NCBI GenBank assembly: GCA_937903135.1
Contig: CALDAH010000011.1
Coordinates: 1 to 56,795 of the forward strand
Source: an uncultured Alphaproteobacteria bacterium
GTDB taxonomy: Bacteria > Pseudomonadota > Alphaproteobacteria > Rs-D84
Direction: 5' to 3'
Length of the DNA: 56,795 nt
Shown: positions 19,000-27,610 of the stretch, in pieces
Layout of the letters: the number at the start of each line of letters is the position of its first letter
Position numbering within the stretch: the stretch's first letter is position 1
Program-made: the position numbers and the translations under genes
The notes under the pieces: model-generated
What the model was told of the DNA's origin: nothing
The model's input: only the letters and a program-made list of their open reading frames with translations
Database searches by the model: none

Positions 19000-19952
19000 T
19001 AAAATTTCCCTACGTAGTCAATAACTGTGCTGATGTATGCTGAATATGCATCAAAGTTCGCAACCCCATCTGCCGGCAGGGCAGGATTCGGATGGGCAGA
19101 TATATAATCCCGTAAATCGGATATTGTGTTGAACATTAATATATCTTCAAATTCAGATGTCGCAGCATCCGGGGCGTTTATAACAAAACCGTTTATCCCG
19201 ATTTGAATATCATCAAGGGTATCTGAAAATATCTGGGATAATGTATCAATTGCCATTCGCATATCGGTTGTCGCAATTCCGACGCTGCCGATCCATAATA
19301 CCTCGTCTGTGCCGATTGCAAATACGGACGGGCGCACACCTTTTATATTAGGGGTGGGTTTTATAATATATCCTGCGGATTTAAATATCTCGGTAATCTC
19401 TGCGTCCATTGCGGTCGTGTTTGGGGCATCGCCCACCGCGGTCCGGACGACGGGTGCCGTGGCCGATGGGGCGGGCGTGTTTGTCGCGGCCATATAATTA
19501 TTTTGATGCGTCGGGATATTTAGATGGGGCGGGCGTTTAATCTGGGGTCGTGTATTTGGGTATAGCGGCGCGGCGACCGGTTTTTCCGTATCGCCCGGTA
19601 ATATATCAACCGTTGATGCATCGCGATCGGGTGCGTCGGGCGTTGTGGTATGCGCGGATGATTTATTTTTTTTCCATTTTTTATAATTAAAAACGGATAA
19701 ACGCAATCGGCGTGCCCGCGGCATTAATAACATATAAAGCCCCGCGATCGTTATAATTACCGATATGACGATAAAAATATAAAACGACGATTTTATCGGT
19801 GTATTTGACGCCTGAAGATATGATAAGTATTCCCAGTGCTGGGCCGAAAATATATTAAAGCCAAAGTATGTATTAAATAGAAAACTTATCCCCAGGGTCG
19901 CCGCCAGCAACCATAGAACGCCAATTAAAATATAATCAATTCTGTTTCTCAT
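18999..19952 (-). CDS. Hypothetical membrane protein: 2 TM segments, Pro/Thr/Ala-rich linker, C-terminal globular domain
   Basis: TM segments ILIGVLWLLAATLGISFLF and FYIFIVISVIITIAGLYMLL, then a low-complexity linker. C-terminal ~150 aa unassigned. Confidence 0.55.
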   Translation of the reverse strand: MRNRIDYILIGVLWLLAATLGISFLFNTYFGFNIFSAQHWEYLSYLQASNTPIKSSFYIFIVISVIITIAGLYMLLMPRARRLRLSVFNYKKWKKNKSSAHTTTPDAPDRDASTVDILPGDTEKPVAAPLYPNTRPQIKRPPHLNIPTHQNNYMAATNTPAPSATAPVVRTAVGDAPNTTAMDAEITEIFKSAGYIIKPTPNIKGVRPSVFAIGTDEVLWIGSVGIATTDMRMAIDTLSQIFSDTLDDIQIGINGFVINAPDAATSEFEDILMFNTISDLRDYISAHPNPALPADGVANFDAYSAYISTVIDYVGKF

Positions 19953-19995
19953 TTGTCTTTGATTGTATCATATTTATGATAAAGTAAAAAGTGGA

Positions 19996-20658
19996 ATGAT
20001 TACATCTGATTTAATTTTTGATGATTTTACAAATTTATTATGCGCATGGGTGTCCGCAGATGCCGCCGGCGCAGATTTAGCAAAGGTTGCCGAGCATGCG
20101 ATAGCCGATAAAATGCCGTTGATTTCGGTTGCGCCGGGGGCACTCGGGACGATTTGGCCGTGGCTGGAAAAAGAACCGGTTAAGATTATGGCACGTTTTT
20201 ATTATACACCACCAGAGATGGATATATCAGAACTGGCGCGGACAATAAACGCCGCATTTAAAAATGGCGCAGACGGGGCACAGATATTTTTATCTGTAAA
20301 AGATTTAGATGGATTTGTCGGGGATATTAAATCTATTCGTGATGATTTATTTTTTAATAGATATTTATCTGTTGGTATTGATATCGGGGAAATTGCTGCG
20401 TGTGACTGGGAACGGATATTTATGTCATTACGGGAAATTCGCGCGTCATCGGTTATATTCGCTTTGACTCGGGATGCGGGGGATAAATCCGATTTTGTCG
20501 GGCGAATTTACGGAATGCTGGATGCGTTTGATAAAAAATTTACAGGTGATGTGCATTTCGTGTTGGGGAAAAATTTTGAACGGTCAAACCAGACACTGCG
20601 TTTAATTCATAAAATGCAGCCGGGGTTGGCCAATGGTGCGCGATTTTTTATTGGTTAA
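19996..20658 (+). CDS. Hypothetical protein
   Basis: ORF 19963..20658. I prefer the ATG at 19996 (MITSDL...). No family recognised. Confidence 0.45.
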   Translation: MITSDLIFDDFTNLLCAWVSADAAGADLAKVAEHAIADKMPLISVAPGALGTIWPWLEKEPVKIMARFYYTPPEMDISELARTINAAFKNGADGAQIFLSVKDLDGFVGDIKSIRDDLFFNRYLSVGIDIGEIAACDWERIFMSLREIRASSVIFALTRDAGDKSDFVGRIYGMLDAFDKKFTGDVHFVLGKNFERSNQTLRLIHKMQPGLANGARFFIG

Positions 20659-20684
20659 TAAATCTTTTAAAGGGAACGGTATAG

Positions 20685-21302
20685 ATGAAGAAATTATTTT
20701 TATTTTATATTTTAATCGCCGCCCCGTGCGAACTGTTCGCCATGGCAGATTATGACACGCCGGTATACGGTCGGCCGACGCTATACGGGGAATATGAAAT
20801 ATCGGCCGATGATGTGCGTTGCGCCGGTGATATGTACGGCAGCGGTTCATCGCGGGTTAAGCCTGTCCGTATAACAGCGCCGGTTGCCAAAACACCGGCG
20901 GCAAAGCATCCGATAAAGCCCCAGGGGGCGGTTAAAAAGAAGTCCAAATCCAATATAAAAAAAGAAAAGGGTGGGGCGAAAAAATCTGGGGATAAAAAAA
21001 TAGTCGCCCCGGAAAAGGCCGCGGTAGCGGATAATGCGCCCGTAATGGTTGCGAATACTGTGCCAGATACAGAAATAAAAGAAAAAACAGAAAAGACCCA
21101 AGCTCATTTGCCTGTGATTCCGGATGCAGATATGCCCGCGGTTAACGAGAATGCAAAAAACATCGCAGATGCGGCATTAATGCGCATAGATATTGATTCA
21201 TACTGCACGCAGCGGGGCAGTTTTTCCGGCGGGAATTTCCCTGCGGGTATTATTGTTATGCCGGGGCGTCCTGATTTAATGAGCTGCGGCGATAAAAAAT
21301 AA
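20685..21302 (+). CDS. Secreted Lys/Ala-rich hypothetical protein
   Basis: Signal peptide (LFA-MA) and a low-complexity KKxK region. Cys-containing C-terminus. Confidence 0.45.
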   Translation: MKKLFLFYILIAAPCELFAMADYDTPVYGRPTLYGEYEISADDVRCAGDMYGSGSSRVKPVRITAPVAKTPAAKHPIKPQGAVKKKSKSNIKKEKGGAKKSGDKKIVAPEKAAVADNAPVMVANTVPDTEIKEKTEKTQAHLPVIPDADMPAVNENAKNIADAALMRIDIDSYCTQRGSFSGGNFPAGIIVMPGRPDLMSCGDKK

Positions 21303-21304
21303 AA

Positions 21305-21946
21305 TTAGTTTTTATTGCGCAGGATTAAATATTTAGGGGCAGCCGTTTCCGCCATATTCTTTGACTGATACCGGGTTTTGATTACCGCGATGTCAGGTAT
21401 TTCAGCGCACAGGTTCGTTTCGGGTATCTGATTTACAATCCAGTCAAAGTATTCCCAATGGTCTGTGCCGATAATTATCTCGCCGTTCGGGCGCAGTGCG
21501 CGGCCGATTATATTTAAAAATTCGCTATGGAGCAGGCGGCGTTTTTCATGACGCGCCTTTGGCCAGGGGTCGGGGTGCAGAACCCATATTTGATTAAACT
21601 TTAAATCACTGTCGCGCAGTAAATCGCGAACGTCGTCGGGCCATATATATATGTTTTTATATTCGGCGCGCACGGTATTATCCGATTCGGATGTAATCGC
21701 CGATAGTAATGCTGCAACGCCGTTCATAAACGGTTCGGCCCCGATAATTTCCGCATCAGGGCGTTCGGCGGCCAGCGCACGCAGGTGTTCCCCCGCACCA
21801 AAGCCGATTTCCAGTATTAAATCGCCATTGTTTTTAATATTTCGCGGCAAGAGGCCCGGCAACGTATTGGCGATTAGCTGCTGCTTACGGGTAGATAATT
21901 TTTTGCCATGACGGCGACCAAAAGTTCTTATTTCTTGTTTTTCCAT
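21305..21946 (-). CDS. trmB: tRNA (guanine46-N7)-methyltransferase TrmB
   Basis: LEIGFGAGEHL (SAM site) and HPDPWPKARHEKRRL. Start set at MEKQEIRTFGRRHGK (21946) to avoid overlapping gltX. Confidence 0.88.
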   Translation of the reverse strand: MEKQEIRTFGRRHGKKLSTRKQQLIANTLPGLLPRNIKNNGDLILEIGFGAGEHLRALAAERPDAEIIGAEPFMNGVAALLSAITSESDNTVRAEYKNIYIWPDDVRDLLRDSDLKFNQIWVLHPDPWPKARHEKRRLLHSEFLNIIGRALRPNGEIIIGTDHWEYFDWIVNQIPETNLCAEIPDIAVIKTRYQSKNMAETAAPKYLILRNKN

Positions 21947-21992
21947 ATAATTAGTATAAAATTCCAAATATAAGAAAACAAGGTTAAATAAC

Positions 21993-23570
21993 ATGAGACA
22001 GGGTTTTAGTTCAAATTTTATTAATCAGCTATTAGGGGGCGCACCAAAATATACTATCGCAGAGCTGGAAGAAAAATTCCCGCCGCGCGCGCTGCCCGAC
22101 GGGGCGTTCGTTACGCGATTTGCGCCAAGTCCGACCGGGTATATGCATATCGGCGGTCTGTATGGCGCGTTGATTGATTCTAAGCTGGCGCAGCAGACTG
22201 GCGGCGTGTTTATGCTGCGAATCGAGGATACAGATACCCGGCGCGAGGTTAAAGATGCGGTTGATATTATTGTTGCTTCGCTGAATCAATTCGGGTTGCC
22301 GTATAATAATGATCCTGAATATGGGCCGTATTATCAGTCCCAGCGCAGGGATATTTATCACAGTGTTGCGGCGGATCTGTTGGCGCGTGGTATGGCGTAC
22401 CCGTGTTTTTTAACGCCCGATGATATGGCCGAAATTCGCGAAAAACAAAAATCCGCCGGATTCCCGACGGGGATTTATGGTGAATTTGCCCGTGATCGCG
22501 ATATTAGCGAAGATGAAGCCTGGGCGCGCTTAAACGCAGGCCAGGTTGCGACAATTCGCCTGTATTCCACAGGCAATCCCGAAAAGCGCATTTTCTGTAA
22601 GGATGCCGTTCGTGGTTCAATCGGTTTCCCTGAAAATAACGAAGATCTGGTTTTAATTAAGTCAAATGATGGGCTGCCGACGTATCATTTCGCGCATTTA
22701 TGTGATGATCATTTTATGCGCACGACCCATGTTATTCGTGGCGAGGAATGGCTGCCATCACTGCCGCTGCATATGCAGCTGTTCCGTATGATGGACTGGG
22801 CCGCGCCAATATATATTCATACGTCAACGATTGATAAAATTGATGCCAATACCGGAAAACAGCGAAAGCTATCTAAACGGCACGACCCAGAGGCAAATGT
22901 TGCATTCTTTTTAGCGGATGGATGGCCGACGGAATCTGTTTTGGAATATTTATTTAATATCGCCGCCGCCGGGTACGAGGAAGCAAAACAAAAGGGCCAG
23001 GTTAAAAATATCTGGGATTATGAAATGCGCCCGAAAAAGATTCCAATGTCCGGGGCGTTGTTTGATATGAAAAAACTGGAATGGTGGGCGCGTGAGTTTA
23101 TCGGTTCGCTGCCGGTCCCGGAATTGGTTGCGCGTGTCGTTAATTGGGCGAATGAATACGGTGATGAAAATCATAAAAATCAGGTGTCCGATATTGACTA
23201 TCTAACGGCGGCGCTGTCAATTGAACGCGATAATCCAAAGCGTGTTCGCAAAGACTTTATTACATGGCGTCAAACGTTAAACGAGATCGCGTATTTCTGG
23301 GATGCGTTATATGTTGCGAACAGCGAATATGAATTTAATCGCGATGTGCTGAAAATGTTCCTGGATAGATATAACCCGGCCGATGACAAAGACACATGGT
23401 GGGGGAAAATTGTTGCGATCGCAGGGGAACTGGGGATTAAAAACGGTGACGCGGCGATGAGTTTGCGCGTGGCGGTCACGGGTCGGACAAATACGCCTGA
23501 TCTATATTCGCTAATGCATGTTATGGGGCACGGGCGCGTTGTTTCACGTATAAAGGATATATTAAAATGA
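21993..23570 (+). CDS. gltX: Glutamate--tRNA ligase
   Basis: FAPSPTGYMHIGG (HIGH) and KLSKRH (KMSKS). 525 aa. Confidence 0.9.
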   Translation: MRQGFSSNFINQLLGGAPKYTIAELEEKFPPRALPDGAFVTRFAPSPTGYMHIGGLYGALIDSKLAQQTGGVFMLRIEDTDTRREVKDAVDIIVASLNQFGLPYNNDPEYGPYYQSQRRDIYHSVAADLLARGMAYPCFLTPDDMAEIREKQKSAGFPTGIYGEFARDRDISEDEAWARLNAGQVATIRLYSTGNPEKRIFCKDAVRGSIGFPENNEDLVLIKSNDGLPTYHFAHLCDDHFMRTTHVIRGEEWLPSLPLHMQLFRMMDWAAPIYIHTSTIDKIDANTGKQRKLSKRHDPEANVAFFLADGWPTESVLEYLFNIAAAGYEEAKQKGQVKNIWDYEMRPKKIPMSGALFDMKKLEWWAREFIGSLPVPELVARVVNWANEYGDENHKNQVSDIDYLTAALSIERDNPKRVRKDFITWRQTLNEIAYFWDALYVANSEYEFNRDVLKMFLDRYNPADDKDTWWGKIVAIAGELGIKNGDAAMSLRVAVTGRTNTPDLYSLMHVMGHGRVVSRIKDILK

Positions 23571-24313
23571 CCAAAAATAAAAAGGCTGTAAAAACAAAGC
23601 TAAAGGCTGTAAAGAAAGACACGCATGCGAACAGATTGCTGCGCGCATTACGGGCGACGGGGCTGTTTCGCTGGGAACGGCCATCAACCAAATCCGAAGA
23701 GGTGTTAAATATCCTTACCCATGGTATTGGGATCGGACTGGCGATGGCGGGGCTGACGCTGCTGGAGGTGTTTGCGGCATTCAAAGGCGATGCGTGGGCA
23801 ATTGTATCGTGTGCGATATTCGGGGTTACAATGTTTACGTTGTATTTCGGATCAACAATGTGTCACGCAACAATCGGGCAAAAATGCGAATGTTTTTTTG
23901 AGGTATGGGACAGCGTTGCAATATATGCATTAATCGCCGGAACATATACGCCGTTTTTATTGGTAAATCTGCGCGGGGGACTGGGGTGGACGGTTTTTGG
24001 AATCCTTTGGGCGATTGTAATATTTGGCGCGGTAATGAAAATACGCAACCCAAAACAGCAGCCGCGATGGATGGTATTGCTGTATCTGATTATGGGATGG
24101 ACGCTGCTGTTTATATTGCCGGCAATGGTTCGTAATATTCCGGCCCGCGGTATGTGGTTTATTTTAGCAGGTGGGCTGTCATATTCACTCGGGGTGATAT
24201 TTTATCTATGGCGGAAAATGAAATTTTCACATACGATATGGCATCTGTTTGTAATCGGGGGAAGTGTGTGTTTCTTCTTTGCGGTGCTGTTCGGATGTAT
24301 AATTGATTTTTAA
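23567..24313 (+). CDS. Hemolysin III / PAQR family membrane protein with a Lys-rich N-terminal extension
   Basis: 7-TM pattern with NILTHGIGIGLA and HLFVIGGS motifs. ATGA overlap with gltX. Confidence 0.85.
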   Translation: MTKNKKAVKTKLKAVKKDTHANRLLRALRATGLFRWERPSTKSEEVLNILTHGIGIGLAMAGLTLLEVFAAFKGDAWAIVSCAIFGVTMFTLYFGSTMCHATIGQKCECFFEVWDSVAIYALIAGTYTPFLLVNLRGGLGWTVFGILWAIVIFGAVMKIRNPKQQPRWMVLLYLIMGWTLLFILPAMVRNIPARGMWFILAGGLSYSLGVIFYLWRKMKFSHTIWHLFVIGGSVCFFFAVLFGCIIDF

Positions 24314-24318
24314 AAAAC

Positions 24319-24343
24319 GCCGGCAATTTGCCGGCATTTTTTT
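24319..24343. terminator. Bidirectional rho-independent terminator
   Basis: Stem gccggca/tgccggc flanked by A6 and T7, between convergent stop codons. Confidence 0.75.
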
Positions 24344-25202
24344 ATGATTCATCCATGCCCAGGGTTTTCAATTTATCCGTAAGCGATATATTATCCAACG
24401 CTTCGGCGATGCAGAGAATGGGGCGATGACGTTTATCCCAATAGTTATATTTTGCCATATAGCCGGTTTCTAAGATAAAATGATTTGATCGTATGCGGTA
24501 TGCACCGTCGCATACACATATTTTTTCGTATTCAAATTTATCCTTTGTGCCGTCGTGTTCAAAAAATACAAAATCTATTTCTTTGCCGGGATATATTTTT
24601 TTCATAATTTCTGCGCCCTGGATAACATCGGCGTCGGATACCGGCGCGTCCATCAGGTTTCGTTGATCACCCAGGCGGTGCGCCCAGCATATTAATATCC
24701 GATCCGATTGGTCAATTGCGCGCAATAGACGTTCAGAACGACGATTTATTATCTGTTTAGCCGTCGGGAAAAACAGTTCCCATGATGTATTATTTGGGAA
24801 TAAATGCGAAAAACGAATTCGGGTTCGTGTGTTTAGCATATCCTGATGCAGATAATGGTCGGCAACATATGTGCGGCGGACAATAAAATCTTCGTAATTA
24901 AAGAAGTCATGGAATTTAGTAGCGATGGCATTTATTTTTTCCAAAAATCTGGTATCGCGCCATATATTCGTTTCTTCCCAGTTAACGGGCAGTTCGCCAT
25001 CGGTCCAGTCAATTGGCGACGACATAAGACGCAGGTTATGGGCTTGTAAAATTGTGCTGACAGGGCATGCCGCGCCGATTGCAAAAACCAGATCGTATTT
25101 ATCAAAACGCCCCGGACGCAATATCGCGTTGTTTGTTTGTTTGTTTGTTTGTTTGTTTGTTTGTTTGTTTGTTTGTTGCTGCCCAATCGTTTTTTGCCGC
25201 AT
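24342..25202 (-). CDS. DUF1796-like (putative papain-like) protein: body of a candidate phase-variable gene
   Basis: 286-aa ORF. YDLVFAIGAACPVSTILQAHNLRLMSSPIDW resembles the DUF1796 N-terminal motif (from memory, not searched). Contains the TNKQ repeat near its N-terminus. Confidence 0.6.
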   Translation of the reverse strand: MRQKTIGQQQTNKQTNKQTNKQTNNAILRPGRFDKYDLVFAIGAACPVSTILQAHNLRLMSSPIDWTDGELPVNWEETNIWRDTRFLEKINAIATKFHDFFNYEDFIVRRTYVADHYLHQDMLNTRTRIRFSHLFPNNTSWELFFPTAKQIINRRSERLLRAIDQSDRILICWAHRLGDQRNLMDAPVSDADVIQGAEIMKKIYPGKEIDFVFFEHDGTKDKFEYEKICVCDGAYRIRSNHFILETGYMAKYNYWDKRHRPILCIAEALDNISLTDKLKTLGMDES

Positions 25203-25347
25203 AGTATTTTTTCCATAATTTGCGTTTGGTCAGCCTTTTGGATATCGGGTTTGTATAATCCATAATCGCACGGCGAACACGGGCACGTTTTTCACGCGAC
25301 GGGAAAAATCCCGCCGCAATATTTGCAATAATTTTCTTTGTACGCAT
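25102..25347 (-). CDS. 5' segment of the same gene, currently out of frame with the body across the tetranucleotide tract
   Basis: ATG at 25347 gives MRTKKIIANIAAGFFPSREKRARVRR..., reads through the repeat as TNKQ and stops at 25102. Removing 4 nt joins it to frame 24342..25202. Confidence 0.55.
   Translation of the reverse strand: MRTKKIIANIAAGFFPSREKRARVRRAIMDYTNPISKRLTKRKLWKKYYAAKNDWAATNKQTNKQTNKQTNKQRDIASGAF
25129..25177. repeat. Perfect tetranucleotide microsatellite, 12.25 units (TTGT/GTTT on the + strand, AAAC/CAAA on the coding strand)
   Basis: Counted base by base. G occurs every 4th position from 25131 to 25175, and periodicity breaks at 25128 and 25178. Confidence 0.97.
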
Positions 25348-25438
25348 AGATATTCTATTGTTTTTATTAGTTTTATGTAATGCTTAAAAGTATAGCAGGC
25401 ATGTTATAAAAAATCAATGTAAATGTAGTATGCAACCC

Positions 25439-25467
25439 TTGATTTTTACAAATATAAGTATTAGAAT
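25439..25467 (+). promoter_or_regulatory. Sigma70-like promoter candidate for the thrS leader
   Basis: TTGATT (25439-25444), 17-nt spacer, TAGAAT (25462-25467). Confidence 0.35.
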
Positions 25468-25476
25468 ATAATAAAT

Positions 25477-25533
25477 ATGAAAAAATTTAGTTCTGTTTTC
25501 TTTACAACAACTACAACCCCTCTGGGGGTGTAA
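25477..25533 (+). CDS. Candidate Thr-rich leader peptide (18 aa) upstream of thrS
   Basis: Hand-translated as MKKFSSVFFTTTTTPLGV*, with five consecutive Thr codons at 25504-25518. Lies 84 nt upstream of thrS. Confidence 0.5.
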   Translation: MKKFSSVFFTTTTTPLGV

Positions 25534-25616
25534 TTTCTATTTGCGGATTTCGCCGCGCAGTGCAATAATTAAACAAACAATTAATTTTTTATATATTTAA
25601 AATAAGGGTTTTTATT

Positions 25617-27350
25617 ATGTCATATCCTATTGAAACGATTCGTCATTCGCTGGCCCACGTTATGGCCGCCGCTGTTCAGAAATTGTATCCGGACGTAAAG
25701 TTTGCGGGCGGACCGGCAATTGAAAACGGTTTTTACTATGATTTTGATACAGAACATCGTTTTTCAGAAGATGATTTTGAAAAAATTGAAAAAGAGATGC
25801 GTGCGCTAATTAAATCAGATGGTAAATTCGCCCAGCGTAACGTTTCCGTCGCCGAAGCGATGGAGGTTTTTGCAGATCAGCCGTATAAAATGGAATGGCT
25901 GCGGGAATACGATGCCGCAGGTGATGCGCTGTCTGTATACGCGTTTCGTGATTTTACCGATTTATGTCGCGGCCCGCATGTCGCATCGTCCAAAGATCTG
26001 CCGCGTGATGGATTTAAAATTCGTACCGTCGCCGGTGCATACTGGAAAGGTGATGCGAAAAATAAAATGCTGCAGCGTATTTATGTTGATGCATTCGCAT
26101 CCAGGGAAGAATTAGATGAATTCTTAAAAATGCAAGAAGAGGCCGCCGCCCGCGATAACCGTAAGCTCGGGCGCGATATGGATTTATTCCATTTTGAACC
26201 GGAATATGCGCCGGGGGCTGTATTTTGGCATGACAAAGGGTATAAAATTTATCGCCGTTTGATTGAATATATTCGTCATCGTCAGGAACTGGCCAGGTAT
26301 CAGGAAATATCTACGCCGGCCGTAATGGATAGATGTTTATGGGAACGCAGCGGCCACTGGGCAAAATATGGCGAACATAACTATTCCGGTAAAACCCAGG
26401 ATGGAAAAACGTTCTGTGTTAAACCGATGTCGTGCCCGGGCGGAATGCTGGTATTCGGGCAGGGGATAAAATCATATAAGGATTTGCCGCTGTATCTGGC
26501 CGAATTCGGGAAAGTTAATCGCTATGAGGCGGCAGGCGGCCTGTCGGGGATAATGCGTGTACGCGAGTTTACCCAGGACGATGCCCATATTTTCTGTACC
26601 GAGGATCAGCTGGAAGAAGAGGTTGTAAAAATCCTGCGCTTTATTAAAGATATTTATAATAAATTCGGATTTGAAAAAATTTCTATGAAGCTGGCAACGC
26701 GCAAAGAATCAGAGTTCCGTATCGGTTCAGATGAAATCTGGGATCGTGCCGAAGGGGCACTGCGTCATGCGCTGGATGCAAACGGAATTGAATATGAAAT
26801 CGCCCCGGGTGATGCTGCGTTCTATGGCCCGAAAATTGATAATTATTTAAAAGATTCCATGGGACGTATATGGCAGTGCGGAACAGTTCAGCTGGATATG
26901 AATCTGCCGGAACGATTTGATCTGTCGTATATCGGCGAAGACGGGGAAAAGCATCGTCCGATTATGTTGCACCGTGCAATGCTGGGATCAATTGAACGAT
27001 TTATGGGAATATTACTGGAATCAACGGGGGGAAATCTGCCGTTGTGGTTAAGTCCAGAGCCCGTCGTTGTAACGCCGATTTCGGAAAAGTATAAAGACTA
27101 TGCGTTGGATGTCGTCGGAAAACTGCGCGCCGCAGGTGTTTATGCACGCGCCGATCTGCGTGACGAGAAGGTAAACTATAAAATCCGTGAGCTGTCATTG
27201 GCAAAAACACCGATTATCGCCGTTGTTGGTGAAAAAGAAATGGCCGATAATACCGTAACTCTGCGTCGCCTGGCCGGGGCAGACCAAGAAACGGTCGTGC
27301 TGGACGATTTTGTCGAACAGATGAAAAACGCCGTAAAGTTACCGGAATAA
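25617..27350 (+). CDS. thrS: Threonine--tRNA ligase without the N-terminal TGS domain
   Basis: Begins at the editing-domain motif RHSLAHVMAAAVQKLYP. Has DLCRGPH, class II core motifs and an anticodon-binding C-terminus. 577 aa. Confidence 0.92.
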   Translation: MSYPIETIRHSLAHVMAAAVQKLYPDVKFAGGPAIENGFYYDFDTEHRFSEDDFEKIEKEMRALIKSDGKFAQRNVSVAEAMEVFADQPYKMEWLREYDAAGDALSVYAFRDFTDLCRGPHVASSKDLPRDGFKIRTVAGAYWKGDAKNKMLQRIYVDAFASREELDEFLKMQEEAAARDNRKLGRDMDLFHFEPEYAPGAVFWHDKGYKIYRRLIEYIRHRQELARYQEISTPAVMDRCLWERSGHWAKYGEHNYSGKTQDGKTFCVKPMSCPGGMLVFGQGIKSYKDLPLYLAEFGKVNRYEAAGGLSGIMRVREFTQDDAHIFCTEDQLEEEVVKILRFIKDIYNKFGFEKISMKLATRKESEFRIGSDEIWDRAEGALRHALDANGIEYEIAPGDAAFYGPKIDNYLKDSMGRIWQCGTVQLDMNLPERFDLSYIGEDGEKHRPIMLHRAMLGSIERFMGILLESTGGNLPLWLSPEPVVVTPISEKYKDYALDVVGKLRAAGVYARADLRDEKVNYKIRELSLAKTPIIAVVGEKEMADNTVTLRRLAGADQETVVLDDFVEQMKNAVKLPE

Positions 27351-27355
27351 TTACC

Positions 27356-27397
27356 ATAACGATGGCATCGGTTTAAAACGATGCCATCGTTATTTAT
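27356..27397 (+). terminator. Terminator hairpin after thrS
   Basis: Perfect 15-bp stem ataacgatggcatcg/cgatgccatcgttat with an 8-nt loop. The U-tract (ttat) is weak. Confidence 0.65.
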
Positions 27398-27417
27398 ATA
27401 AGGAAAGGAAATATAAT

Positions 27418-27561
27418 ATGAAAAAAATATTTTTATTATTATCTGTTATCGCAGTTTCATTCGGTTTATCCGCATGCGCACAAAAGTGCGAGGTTGAACC
27501 GATCGTAGAACAAAATCATAAGCTGATCGTTCCACCAAATTTCGGACAGATGCCAAAATAA
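27418..27561 (+). CDS. Small lipoprotein (47 aa)
   Basis: Hand-translated as MKKIFLLLSVIAVSFGLSACAQKCEVEPIVEQNHKLIVPPNFGQMPK. Lipobox LSAC, with AGGAAAGGAA upstream. Confidence 0.55.
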   Translation: MKKIFLLLSVIAVSFGLSACAQKCEVEPIVEQNHKLIVPPNFGQMPK

Positions 27562-27610
27562 TTTGGGAAAATAATCTGTATAATTTTATACGTTTTATTT
27601 TAGATAGTCT

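Noticed and set aside
24932-25216. The 94-aa ORF in the third frame across the tetranucleotide tract, considered as an independent gene.
   Set aside because: It is open only because the repeat has no stops in any frame. Its sequence downstream of the tract is out-of-frame read-through of the DUF1796-like body.
25513-25580. A classical terminator/antiterminator attenuator structure downstream of the Thr leader.
   Set aside because: Only a 5-bp GC hairpin (25515-25528) and a 4-bp gcgg/ccgc hairpin could be drawn by eye. I cannot support a full attenuator model without computational folding, so only the leader ORF is reported.
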